A DNA stretch of 36,494 nt from Octopus bimaculoides (Eukaryota), in NCBI RefSeq assembly GCF_001194135.2, contig NC_068982.1:142550664-142587157 (forward strand), in the 5' to 3' direction. The translations under genes were made by a program, and so were the position numbers. The notes below the pieces were generated by a model, which saw only the letters and a program-made list of their open reading frames with translations, made no database searches and was not told where the DNA came from. How positions within the stretch are numbered: position 1 is the first letter of the stretch; each line of letters begins with the position of its first letter. Of this stretch, positions 11,939-24,682 are shown piece after piece.

Positions 11939-12615
11939 ACACACATATATGTATATTATACATACACATACCGATGTGTGAGTATGTGATTGTGTGTTTA
12001 TATAAGCCATATCAAATAATGTCTAACATTTCTGAAACCAGCATTAATAGAAAAACTGTGCAATGGAAAATATTCGCGAACATTTGAATAGGTGTGAGTG
12101 TATACATACATATGTATGTGTGTATATATGTAGGTATGCATATATAAGGTATACACAAAGACACGGAGAAACATTCCTACAATCCTGCATATATACACGT
12201 TGTTGTGCATGCGTTTTGCTCTGCGTGCATTTGTGTGTGTGTGTGTTTACATATCAATACAGTACAAAGAGGTGCAAGTCTAGTTATGACGGCATTAGAA
12301 AATTATTGACACGAGAAGTGAAGGTACGAGAAATAAACAGTAGAACAGATGCTTTTGTTAGACTTTTCTTTTTCAATAACATTGATTGCTATTTCATAGA
12401 CAACCATCTGAAAGCCGATAATTCACTTGAGGCAAACATCAACAACACACTGAGATTTTTAGATGTATTTGAAGCTTTTAAGATTTGTAGAATATCGAAA
12501 GTATTGTTGAAGTATACATTGGTTCGTTACTGAACATATCGTTGATATTATTCTCATCTTGTTTTCGAATTATATTAACGATTTCCGTCTTAAACAATCC
12601 AGTTCTCATTGAATT

Positions 12616-12968
12616 GTACGGCAGTACGGTTACGTAGCCCGATTTGCAAACACATATTTTCAAGATCGTTCCCTCTGCATGGCATCCTGGGTCAGTTTAT
12701 TTTCATTCAATCTAGACTACATAATACTTTGTGAGGGAATGTTCCCGATGGCAACTATGTAGAAGCCTGTCGTATATATGGGTGTCTTTGTTTCATCTCG
12801 CTTTACAATTAAAGTCGATCTGTTTACATCGCAGTAACCTACCAGTTCAGCAAAAGATTCCGACAAAGTAAGCACCAGTTTTAACAAAATACGTTCTGGT
12901 GTCGATTTGTACAACTAAACTCTTCATGGTGGTGTTAAATCACAGCTGCGGTCAAATGACTGAAGCAA
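12616..12968 (+). mobile_element. Old, full-length tRNA-derived SINE (same family as 34613-34830)
   Basis: Diverged tRNA-like head, central agaagcctgtcgtatatat, and 3' part cagcaaaagattccgac...gcggtcaaatgactgaagcaa. The 3' part aligns by eye to the reverse complement of 34645-34780. Confidence 0.75.
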
Positions 12969-13325
12969 TCCATTCCTTCGTCTTCCCTCCCAATATTCTT
13001 GGGAAGGTCACGGGTGTAGAGTCTTCAGGCACGTCCTCCAAATGGTCTTATCACAAGTAACCTTCATTAAACTTTCAGACTTTATTCCCATGTGAAACCA
13101 AACTGAGACTACAAATATTATCCACCCATTTCATTTTCGCTCCACCGTTAGAACCCCTGTTGGTTGCTCGACTTGAAGAATCCGTCTTGAGATTCTTCCC
13201 TGCAAAATTCTAATCATATGACTGTAATACCAGAGGTGTAACCTGTCAATGCGGACAAACAGCGGCTCTGCTTGGAGAGACCGTTGCCTCCTTGACTCCG
13301 AGTTACGCATCCTGATATAAAGGGC
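12969..13325 (-). mobile_element. RTE-clade LINE 3' fragment
   Basis: RMRNSE..SLQAEPLFVRIDRLHLWYYSHMIRILQGRISRRILQVEQPTG, then WRTCLKTL.P*PSQE. This is typical of the RTE ORF C-terminus (EPLLLRIERSQLRWYGHV.RM). Confidence 0.85.
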
Positions 13326-13741
13326 AATGGCCAAAAGAGAAAATCTGTGCTTGTATATGCAGGAATGACTCTTGTAGCCCACCTTTTGAAAGGCTGAAAA
13401 TCAATTAAAACATTCAGAACTCTTTCAAGTTTTCAAAATCTTACCAAAATCTTAGTTTACCATAATACATTATTTATGACCTCACTGAATCAGAAATGAT
13501 GGTAGTGGTCAGAACCCTTTACAGAACACAAAGAAAAAGATGGAGAAAATAACGCAAGTTATATGGTCGAAAAGTTGTCAATGAATAAACCAAGCCTTTA
13601 CTCTACGTGTTGTGAGAGGCGACTAAAAGTGCTTGAGCTAGAATTTGCACACCGACCCCGTAGCATCCTCTCCAGCAACGACTACACAAACAGACAGACA
13701 AATGGGCTAGTGGGTTGTCGCCTGATTGGAGAAGAGGAATA

Positions 13742-13781
<40 letters not shown>

Positions 13782-14330
13782 TCGCCACCACCATCCCCAC
13801 TACTACCATTACAACTATTACTACTACTACTACTACTAACAATCCAAGGTCTACCATTAATATGATTTTCTTGACCCCCAACTACACGAAAAGCAAATCT
13901 GGCCTCGACAATATGTGAGCGCAAAGCGCAGAAAATAGGAACTGATACCACAATGCACACTGTTCGATGTTCCAATGAGTTTATATCGATTTCGTTCGGT
14001 CCCTGTGAGCATGTAAAGATAATGGGAACTGGTCATTCCCCATGACTATGACAATTTATGTCGTAAAATATCTATTATGGACTCTCATGTCATATAGGCA
14101 TACTTATAATGATTTTAGCTGTTTTCTCATTCTGTATGTCACTGTCTCTTTGATACTATGACATATTTCAGAATAAGCCAATAACTTATTAACTATACTA
14201 ACGGATCTGGGAGTCCTAAAGCACAGTTCTGTCTGCTCAACTTCAGCATCGACAGTTTAATAGTAAAAGAAGGCGCTTCCTCCTCGCCCACTGTGCCCTC
14301 CATCCCTTTCTGTCTATCTGTTTGTCTGTA

Positions 14331-14390
<60 letters not shown>

Positions 14391-14391
14391 G

Positions 14392-14437
<46 letters not shown>

Positions 14438-14680
14438 NNNNNNNNNNNNNNNNNNNNNNNNNNNNNNNNNNNNNNNNNNNNNNNNNNNNNNNNNNNNNNN
14501 NNNNNNNNNNNNNNNNNNNNNNNNNNNNNNNNNNNNNNNNNNNNNNNNNNNNNNNNNNNNNNNNNNNNNNNNNNNNNNNNNNNNNNNNNNNNNNNNNNNN
14601 NNNNNNNNNNNNNNNNNNNNNNNNNNNNNNNNNNNNNNNNNNNNNNNNNNNNNNNNNNNNNNNNNNNNNNAAACAAAAGA

Positions 14681-14767
14681 CGAAGACAGACCGGTGAGGA
14701 ACAATAAGTAGGTGTGGTATTTTGACGGTCCGGAAGAATGGAAAGCCTTCGACGTTTTGAGCCTACG

Positions 14768-14773
<6 letters not shown>
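14681..14773 (-). mobile_element. Retroelement end with a truncated minimal hammerhead
   Basis: Minus strand TGA-GC gtag GCTC-AAAA-CG-TC. Stem II and the palindromic stem III remain, but GAAA is mutated and the 5' core is replaced by (TA)n. Confidence 0.45.
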
Positions 14774-14809
<36 letters not shown>

Positions 14810-16499
14810 GAGAGACATAGAAAGAGAACAGAGAGAGAGATGGGCGAACAGTAAAACTAAACGAATTTTTACGTGCATGATCAAACAACATATAGAATCG
14901 AAAATATGTGTGAACTTATTAGGATAATACGTATCGATTCTTTAACAATATTGTGTTCATGTGTCTGCATAAAAAAGTGTGTAGTATGTACACACATATA
15001 TCGTATATTTTGCTCTGTTTCTTCAATAAAATTCGATTTGCTATACCATTGTCGTTCTAGAGAGCCCCCACGACCCATGAGACAGGCTGAAACTTATAAC
15101 TGCACTCGACTCTATGGCAGAACATCCACTCATGACGTTTAGTGGGCTTCTCGTGAAATATGTAGTGTAAAAGTGCTGGGAATAATGGCATAAACATTAC
15201 CAGCATATCTACATACCTGAATAGCGGATAGGACATTATTATGTATTCCTTTTGCCTGAGATGGTTAAAGTTACAAACTAAAGGATGTTTAGAAAAAGAA
15301 TTGCACTTTCCTCACGGAAACATGTTTTCCAGTTAATAGTTTGGAAAGCTGAGGTAAAAATGGTCCATGATGATAAGAAAATTTAAAGACATGCATATAA
15401 CATCTCATATTTTCTTTCTTTCTGTCTGTGTGTCTTCTTTTCGTCTTCCGTTTCGCTTCGACTTCTTTCTCTTCTTTCTCCTCTTTTTCTCCGCCTCGTC
15501 TTGTTACTACGACGACGATGAATACGACTGCCACTACTACAATTATTACTTCACTGCTTCTACAACTTCTTTTTTTATATTTTATTCTTGTACTTTGAAG
15601 TCATTTTCATCTACTACTACTACTACTACTGCCATCGCGATTTCTGCTTTCTTCTGGTATTCCATCTGCTTTTTCTTCCTCTTCTTCGTCACTGATATCA
15701 TCATAATCGTCATCATCAAAACCGACACCATCATCATCACGACCGGTCGTCATCCATTTTCGACTTAGTGTCTTTCAAAGAGAATTAAAATTTTCTTATT
15801 TCCTGTTTCAATTCCAAAACGCAGACTTCAGTGACGCAAATAAGAAGAGTAATGCCTCTTAACATTTACAATAGTTGAACCAGAGTTGAATTTGATGCTT
15901 CTAAGAAGAGAGCGAAAGATAGTCTGAGTGAATTAAGACAGTGAGGAAGAATGAGTGAGAGATAGAAGTTGACGTTGAAAGCATCTACTTCGATAATTAT
16001 ATATATATGTATATATATATATATATATATAGCAATGTTAATTCTCTAAATATANNNNNNNNNNNNNNNNNNNNNNNNNNNNNNNNNNNNNNNNNNNNNN
16101 NNNNNNNNNNNNNNNNNNNNNNNNNNNNNNNNNNNNNNNNNNNNNNNNNNNNNNNNNNNNNNNNNNNNNNNNNNNNNNNNNNNNNNNNNNNNNNNNNNNN
16201 NNNNNNNNNNNNNNNNNNNNNNNNNNNNNNNNNNNNNNNNNNNNNNNNNNNNNNNNNNNNNNNNNNNNNNNNNNNNNNNNNNNNNNNNNNNNNNNNNNNN
16301 NNNNNNNNNNNNNNNNNNNNNNNNNNNNNNNNNNNNNNNNNNNNNNNNNNNNNNNNNNNNNNNNNNNNNNNNNNNNNNNNNNNNNNNNNNNNNNNNNNNN
16401 NNNNNNNNNNNNNNNNNNNNNNNNNNNNNNNNNNNNNNNNNNNNNNNNNNNNNNNNNNNNNNNNNNNNNNNNNNNNNNNNNNNNNNNNNNNNATATATA

Positions 16500-16500
16500 T

Positions 16501-16548
<48 letters not shown>

Positions 16549-16555
16549 GTAGATT

Positions 16556-16590
<35 letters not shown>
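16500..16590. repeat. (GATA)n microsatellite
   Basis: Direct tetranucleotide run. Confidence 0.95.
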
Positions 16591-16591
<1 letters not shown>

Positions 16592-16595
16592 TGGA

Positions 16596-17260
16596 TGGAG
16601 TGCCCACATCAACAATAAGATTGATATAGCTCTTAGGATGAGCTCCTGGATCTGAAAAACCTTCCGGTTCAGAGAACAAGGTGTCATCATTTCACTTACG
16701 TTCTCCTTTGTACGGCCACACCACGAATACTGCTGCTCCCGGTGGCCTCCCCATACAAACAAAACATCTCGAAAATTGAATCACCCCAGAGGGCATTCAC
16801 TAACCGAATTAAGAGAATGACTAATCTCGATTACTGGGACCGCCTTGAAGCCTTGAAACTCTACTCTCTCCTGCGCCTCCGCCAGCGGTACTTCATTTGT
16901 ACGATTTAGAAAATATACCGCCAGCATTGTCCAAATGTCCTGAATGTCCCTCCAAGTCTAGGACCATGGGCCATACGTTCCCTGCCCAGTTCAGGATCAC
17001 AACATATAGGTACACTGCGACACAATTTCTTTTCCTCAGCAGGCCCTGCCCTATTTAACATTGTCCGGAAACAGATCAAAGAGGAAAAGGATCCCATCAC
17101 CTTTAAACGGAGTCTGGATAAGCCACTTATACCTAGATAAAACTCCCTCAACAAGAACTCACTACTTGAATGGACCATAATACCACAAAGCTTGACCACC
17201 TATCAGGTGGTGCCATTAAGTTAGACATGACCTGGACCAATCTTTGGGTGAAACATATCT
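16596..17260 (+). mobile_element. CR1/L2-group LINE, 5'-truncated 3' fragment
   Basis: WSAHINNKIDIALRMSSWI*KTFRFRE..FVRPHHEYCC.. KIESPQRAFTNRIKRMTNLDYWDRLEALKLYSL.R.R.RY, with stops and a frameshift. A 3' stem caggt/acctg (17204-17234) and a tatct-type tail follow. Confidence 0.9.
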
Positions 17261-18562
17261 ACGATTATCTAAGTGTATATGCATACATGCACAAACACAC
17301 ACACATAGAAAGGGAGGGAGAGAGAGAAAGAAAGAAATTGAGAGAGATGCAAAGAGAGAGATACATGGATGGATGGATGGATGGATGGATGCATGGATGG
17401 ATGGATAGGATTATGAGAGCTCATATTGGTTTGTGTTTACACGTAGATAGCTCAATACGGAGTCGTAAGAGTTTAGAGCATAGATAATTGGGAAATCCTC
17501 AAGGACGTTGTTTTTTACTAACCACAAATAAAAGAGTAGCTTATTGCTGTTTAGACGACAGAGATATTCCATTATTACCTTTTTATATGCCTTTATTTGT
17601 AGGACTAGCGTTAGCAACCTTAATGAATTTCGGTTTTTAGAGATGAGAATTAGGCTTAGTGCTCTGTATCGTAAAGAAAAATACCGTTTTCTTAAGATCA
17701 CTGGGAAATGAGTCTTTGTCCTTCTTTTGCCAGAAAACTTTGATTCACTTGTCGAAGTAAGCGTTTATTACATCTCCATCTATCAGTCGGTTTATCTTAC
17801 TTATTACATAGAAAAAGAGTAACTTATATGATGTATTGCTTTATTTGTTGAGCAGGAGCTTCAACTACTTTCTAACACTCACTTTTTTATATTTATATTG
17901 TTGTTTGAACAATAATTTCCTCCGTGTCAACTCATCTATTGCCAATTCTAAAAGGCTTGTACGCTTGTTGAAATGTTGAACAGCATTTTGCGATACTTAT
18001 TACTAGAATACCGATAATTAATTCGTTTTTAAAAACAGAATGATATCTATTACAAGTTTATAAGTTTCATTAAACTGTTGAAACAATTTAGACTTCATTG
18101 GTTTCTGACGAAATGTGTTGATTTATTTCACATCCGTTGTGCTCAAGATGCATTTATCGTGCTTTATTACTGCGTAGTAATATTCTTGTTTGTTATGTTT
18201 TATCAGTACACGGTTATCACTAAACCTAAGTGATCTCTTCAATAGCTATCATTTTGGATTCCTCTTTCTATTTGACTGCTAAAATATTTTGATGATATCA
18301 GGAATATTTAAATTCCTTCAAGAGCAATTGGAGGAGAAGGTTTGTATTTCTATGTACGTTGGCGTCACCTGAAAACATTATGTATGTTATGAAAAGGGAT
18401 ATCCGCAGAATTATAATTATATTTCAAACTCCGCACATTGCTATGGAAGGTATATTAAGATATCGTTGCTACGTTTGTTGAGATTTTATATATGTTAATT
18501 ACGACTACAAATTAGTTTCCCTTTAGAGTGAATTTCAACATCCTGATCCTATTACTTAATAC

Positions 18563-18790
18563 CCCAGGGAATCGATTGGGCTTTAATGAGCAGGCTGGCT
18601 TTTATGGCAAATTTCTGCTGCTGATTAACAGTATTGATTCCTATTCTTTCCAACGCATAGCATGCATCTGAACTGACATCGTTTAACTGTGTTTTCCCGG
18701 TTGAACACTTTTCACTTAAGGTAACAACACTGACTTTGTGGCTTGAAAATATTTTGTCGATAAAAGCCGGGCGTCTCTCAATTCTTTCAC
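18563..18790 (-). CDS. Candidate symmetric phase-1 exon (228 nt), loosely C-type-lectin-like
   Basis: Acceptor tgttgtttcag|G, an open frame of 76 codons (GERIERRPAF...KCSTGKTQLNDVSSDACYAL..INTVNQQQKFAIKASLL..PWG), and a weak donor G|GTATTA. Confidence 0.35.
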
Positions 18791-21700
18791 CTGAAACAAC
18801 AGACATCATAAATATATCGAACAGCTATCATTCGATGTTTTGTCTAGAAGTGACATGAAGCGAACTAAACAACAAGCAAACTAAATATGTTTAAATGCAA
18901 AGTCAACCTCTTTCTCGCTACATCAGCTTTATCTAATATTACTGAATCAGCATAGATTGTTATCGCTTTTCTTTTTCGCTACGGGGATGCGGGAAACCAT
19001 ATTAGAAATATTTTAGTAAGGTATCTATATTATGCTATTTTCTAGTTTGTTGTTTATGATGCTTAGTAACCCTATTAAAGATAATTTTCATACTAAGGTG
19101 ATATAGAAGAATTATGTGCGTTTTCAGTGCAGAGAAACAACTTTATGTAAAGTGCATGCGCATGCGTGTTTGACACCGGGGATGTGTTTGCCACCGCAAC
19201 GTATTGTTATTCAATAAGATATATTAATGCACTTATAGGCCAACGTAGTTGTTGTTATTGTTTCGCGAAGTACTTATTATTATAGAATAAACATCACATG
19301 TAAGGCATTCATCAATGACCATACCATTTATTTTCACGGACAGAGTACCGAAAATTACGTTCTGTAATGTGTATTTTCCTTTCGCAGTGAATGCTGAGTG
19401 CAATTTTGGGGATATTTGGCTTCAGATTCTTACAGTCGAATGATTGCATAAAGACAGCATTCGAAGATTCGTTGACTTTTCGCGGTGCCTATTTAGATGT
19501 GAACACTGTTATCAGCCGGGTAAATAATATTGATACGGTATTTTTTTCCAAGATGATTATAGCATTATCATGTTTTACCGTTATACATTAAGTATTATCA
19601 TGTTCAATCTATAACTAAATTGTATAAAATATGGTATCTTATCTAGAGAAACGCAATGNNNNNNNNNNNNNNNNNNNNNNNNNNNNNNNNNNNNNNNNNN
19701 NNNNNNNNNNNNNNNNNNNNNNNNNNNNNNNNNNNNNNNNNNNNNNNNNNNNNNNNNNNNNNNNNNNNNNNNNNNNNNNNNNNNNNNNNNNNNNNNNNNN
19801 NNNNNNNNNNNNNNNNNNNNNNNNNNNNNNNNNNNNNNNNNNNNNNNNNNNNNNNNNNNNNNNNNNNNNNNNNNNNNNNNNNNNNNNNNNNNNNNNNNNN
19901 NNNNNNNNNNNNNNNNNNNNNNNNNNNNNNNNNNNNNNNNNNNNNNNNNNNNNNNNNNNNNNNNNNNNNNNNNNNNNNATATATATATACGCACACGCAC
20001 ACATATTTATATAATATACATTAGCTGGTTTTAAACATTATTTTGGGAAATATTACTTATCAAGATATAGACAAGATATTGACAGAGAATCTCTTCTACT
20101 TAAGATTCATATTATCATTCTGGGCTCTTAAATATAACCACGAATTTCAAACAAAGTGCTCATTATCTTTTTTAACACTTTAACACGATTATTGATTCCT
20201 TTTAAATTTCACTCACTTTAATGTTCCATAAAGCAAATGTTAGAACTTGCTTGAGAACACCGCTTTGTGGTTACTGTCTTTTCTTTCATTCCGCTGCTAC
20301 ATCTCAGCTGTTCACCTATCTCTAGCGAGTTACCATCACTTTCCGCATACCTCTGTCATCATTCCTTTGTCTCTGAACTAGAATCAACGTTAATGGAAGA
20401 TTCTTGATAAATTTAGGCGCTTGCCGACTGATTCAATTTGGATATGATGGCATCCTTGAATCACTATCATCTGCATTTTTTTCTCAGCCATTATGTATTT
20501 CTTTTTTTCTTTTTTACATTACATTTTGTTATCTTCACAACCAATTCACATTTCTATATCTTTCGGTTCGTCATCTTTTCCTCTGTCTCCTCAATCAAAT
20601 CGCAATAACCCTAAAGCAGCGATATTGCAAGAATATATTATCTCTTTTCATTTGCAAGTATTGCTAATATATTTACCCCTATATTTTCTTACTTTAATAA
20701 TGATTTCGCATTTTTATTTATATATTAATTCCTCTAATACATTTACGATTGGATGTATTTGTTGTTTTTATTATGCCTCACTGTGTTATGTTTTCTTCTG
20801 CATTTATGGTTGTGTATTTCTTATACATGTCATAATCAATAGAGTTATTGTATTTCAGCCATAGAGAAAAGCTGCCAAATTTACTATTTTCTTTATAATC
20901 TGTTCTCGCTCTCTTTCACTCTCTCCGTCTTTTTTGACCCCTCTCTCTCTCTCCCTCTTTCGAAACCTTATTTTCAATACCTCCCAATTGTCTCTTATTC
21001 CCAACCAATGTTACTATCTGTTTTTGTTTTCTTCTAGTAAAACGTATTACAAATCAATGTATTATTTTCATCTTAAAGTACAGAACTGCAGCGCAGTGAA
21101 TGGGTTGTTTCAATATTGAAGTTAGATAACACAGCTTTTGTAATAAAATGGTATTCCTACACCATCAAGAGTGGTGGTGGTGGTGGTGGCGTCGGCGGCG
21201 GTGGTGGTAGTGGTGGCGGTGGGCTGGTGGTGGTCGTGGTGGTCGTGGTCGTGGTAGTCATCGTGATGGCCGTGGTCTTGGTCGTGGTCGTGGTCGTGGT
21301 NNNNNNNNNNGGGGGGGGGGGTGATTATGATGAGGAGTAGAAGAACATTGTTATATCATTATGACACCGACTATGTGGGCAACGTTAATGCTGAAGCGCT
21401 GTGCTGTTTGTTTTTAAAGTGGCCAAAGTCAGAGCCACATTAATTGACTAGAAAAGTAAGAAATTTGTCCAAAATAAACAACATACTGAACACTAAAAGT
21501 ATATGAACAGGGTTTATATCAAAGAAGAGAAAAAGGTGAAGGTGTTTTAAGTATAGAAAAAGACCATCTGTGCAGCAGTTTAGGTTTTTATTATTCGTAG
21601 TAACGAATATCTGCCTGCTCCTAAAAAAAATATTAAAGACGTCACTGGATCAGTGAGAAATTAGAAGAATAAAAGCAACAAAGAAACATTATAACTGTAA

Positions 21701-21956
21701 TTGAGAAACCTGAGAATTTATTCATGACAAAAAGAAAACAAAGCAGAGTGTTTTGCAAGTAAAGGTCCTTGGCTGTAGCTGAGAGATGTAAACCTGAATT
21801 GAGAAACCATATCCTTAAATATATATCACAAAATCAAGGCAATAGAATGAATTTGATAAAGAGAAATACTGATAAAATTGAGACAGGGTGCAAACGAAGA
21901 ATGTGTGAAAAGAAGGACGAAAGTAATAACTATCTTCTAAGGAACCTAAGCAAAGA

Positions 21957-22153
21957 TGTGCTTTTTCTATACGTATTTTTATTGTCTATGTTATGTCTCA
22001 AGCTACTGCTATCTAGTACCTTCGGATGATCTCTACTCAACCGCTACACAACTGCTACTCGACTGCTACTCAACACACCTACCACGGCCAGACTACCTCT
22101 ATTTATATGTCTTGGGAGATCCTACTTCTTCGCCTGGGGGCGTCGACACAACA
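21957..22153 (-). mobile_element. Possible solo LTR
   Basis: Minus strand starts TG and ends CA. It contains TATAAATAG and a downstream AATAAA, plus a 4 x 11-bp internal repeat (22031-22074). No TSD found. Confidence 0.3.
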
Positions 22154-22315
22154 GTCTAATACCCTAAATTCTCGAAGTTTTTATAACTGGTATATGGATT
22201 TACTTGTCATACATGCGAAATTATCTTTGGTGTGTATTCTCGTTACATTTATTGGTGTCTGATTGTTGGTTATAATTAGCCAAATGAACTAGCTGTGATA
22301 TTCAAGAATTCTTAC

Positions 22316-22342
22316 ATAAGCGAAGACCATTTTGTGCTGAAC
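22316..22342 (-). other. Candidate 27-nt phase 1-1 microexon
   Basis: ttttaaacatttcag|GTTCAGCACAAAATGGTCTTCGCTTAT|gtaaga, translating to (G)SAQNGLRL. Confidence 0.3.
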
Positions 22343-23235
22343 CTGAAATGTTTAAAAAACAAACTCATCCACCACTTTTAGGATTAGCTACTGAATTCAC
22401 TAAAATTCATTTCTGTCAATCCCGAAGCAGAACCTAATTTTCTCAATTTATATAATCTATTATTTTAGATGTGAAAATATAATAAAACATGAATAGTATA
22501 TCTACGCTGATTCAATTCCTTCTTTCATTACTTAGACCTAAAATGTCTAAATTATACTTCAAAATTTTTGTTGATTAATGGTAAATAAATAACAAAGAAG
22601 TTGTTACTATAGATACTTCAGAAGAATAAATTCTCATCAAAGATTCTATAAATTATTGACTTTCTTCATTGTCGAAATTCACGTCATTGTTTGGGGTTGT
22701 TGTTTGTTTTTGTTATTTTCTTAAGTTTTGCCATTTATATATGTTTTTCGTATTTTTGTTTACGGTTTACGAATTGTTATGCATAATATATTTAACGGAT
22801 CAGTTTAGATTCACTACAAGCTAAATTCTTTAAAATGTTTATTTATTACGTTACACTTACGTCTTCAAATACTTTAATCGTTGGAGAAAATTAATATGTT
22901 AATGAAAGTAGAAGTACACGATTAATATATCATAGCATCGGTTTTATTGATACTCTGAGACAGGAAACGAAATTGAAAAACTGAAATTTAAACAACAACA
23001 AAAGGAAAATGTTATATTTGATAATCTATCTTAAAAAGATGATAAACTCATTAATAAACATATTATTGCTTTCACTATGAGGAAAGTTATGTGGACCAAT
23101 GTTATACCTGACATTAAAAATCTATTTAATATTTTTACCATTATACCATAAACGTGTTGATTCTATTTCTAAGTATTTCGAACTTCTCGCATTTAATACA
23201 TTTAATATATTTTTTTTCGTATTGGTATAATCAGT

Positions 23236-23407
23236 AAAGCGGCGGACAAAATGCCTACATTCCACGCTGAATTCCTGTCGAGTTGAACTTTGCCTCTCGT
23301 TCTTCCACAACGGATAAAATAAAGTACCAGTCAAGTACTGGTGTCGACAGTATTGACAACAGACACATGTTATCAAAATTGCTGGCCTTGTGCTTAAATG
23401 AGAAGCC
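23236..23407 (+). mobile_element. Diverged SINE (second family)
   Basis: gaattcctgtcgagttgaactttgcc..gataaaataaagtaccagtcaagtactggtgtcga..aaaattgctggccttgtgc. The same motifs recur at 23412-23590 and 33934-34132. Confidence 0.75.
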
Positions 23408-23411
23408 AAAT

Positions 23412-23590
23412 ACAGCGAGCAGACAGAATCGTTAGCGGATTGAAAAATGTTCAGTTATCTCTTCCGGTTGCATTCAAATCCCATTAATGTGAAATTTAAT
23501 GTTGATTCCATCGGGGTTGATAATACGAAGAAACGAGACCGGTGGTATTGAGTCACCCTCTTGGCTAGCCTTGTGCCTGTGTTATTTACT
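23412..23590 (+). mobile_element. Second, tandem diverged SINE copy
   Basis: Head cagcgagcagacagaatcgttagc, core tcggggttgataa, end gccttgtgcct. Confidence 0.6.
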
Positions 23591-23643
23591 CAGTAGATAC
23601 CCACATATGTCCTACTCACGACAGAAGCTCCACAAGTTGTTAA

Positions 23644-23718
23644 TGCTGAGTCATTGGACGAGAGTGTGTAGAACGGATGCGTCGCTCTACGCGTCTCAGA
23701 CTAGCCCAGCTGACGTCT
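23644..23718. promoter_or_regulatory. Candidate cis-regulatory motif cluster (CNC-Maf/ARE, CCAAT, CRE-like)
   Basis: TGCTGAGTCAT (23644-23654) overlaps ATTGG (23653-23657). TGACGTCT is at 23711-23718. The patch is locally CpG-rich. Confidence 0.25.
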
Positions 23719-23864
23719 TTTACGTGTTTTTTAATGTTATATCGAACCGACAGTGCACCCCACCCAGAGAGGACTCTCACGCTAACACTTTCTACAAATT
23801 ACCTATGAGACACGAAGGGAAAAACCTTTCTCTGCTAATGAAGCAGTTGATTTCCATAATAATA

Positions 23865-23993
23865 ATGATAATGATAATGATAATAATAAGTAGAAGAGCA
23901 GCAGGAAAAGTAGCAGGTACAGCTGCAGCAGCAGCAGTAGCCGCAGCAGCAGCAGTAGCCACATCAGCAGCAGTAGCCGCAGCAGCAGCAGTG

Positions 23994-24027
<34 letters not shown>

Positions 24028-24037
24028 NNNNNNNNNN

Positions 24038-24080
<43 letters not shown>

Positions 24081-24085
24081 ACAAC
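23865..24085. repeat. Compound trinucleotide repeat (ATA/ATG, GCA, GTA)
   Basis: Direct inspection. It explains the poly-A/V/T ORFs. Confidence 0.9.
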
Positions 24086-24645
24086 TGATAACATCAATGA
24101 GCAAGAAAGGAAGTGTAAAACCAGATACATCTGAGCCCCGAATTAAACATTTGTGGCCACTTCATGGAAATAAATGACATTTTTCTACACTAAATTATTT
24201 TTATAAAATATTTCCTTAACCTGAAAAATGATGTAATGGTTTACGTCACCTCGGTATTTTCTTATCATTCATTTAGTCGTTCTTTCTAATTTCTTCATCC
24301 AGTAGCATTTTTAAGTAAGAACATTTACGCACGCAATAAATGGAAGAAAATCCAATTAGAATCGTGTATCACGTAATATTTACCGACTGACATTGTCAAA
24401 TGTAATTAATATAAATGATTACAGATAGGATCCGTATCCATAAATAAATTTTTCAGCCCAAATGTATCTGTCTCCTTCATGTGTAATATTAGCTTTTCAC
24501 GTCTCCATCTAAATTAGTTTTATACAAATATATATATATATATATATATANNNNNNNNNNNNNNNNNNNNNNNNNNNNNNNNNNNNNNNNNNNNNNNNNN
24601 NNNNNNNNNNNNNNNNNNNNNNNNNNNNNNNNNNNNNNNNNNNNN

Positions 24646-24682
<37 letters not shown>

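Noticed and set aside
12063-12533. 156-aa ORF with an apparent 76-nt intron at 12324-12399
   Set aside because: The N-terminal half is microsatellite-derived, there is no recognisable domain, and splicing gives no convincing frame.
18103-18135. CTGACGA followed by an atgtg/cacat stem
   Set aside because: No GAAA or stem III.
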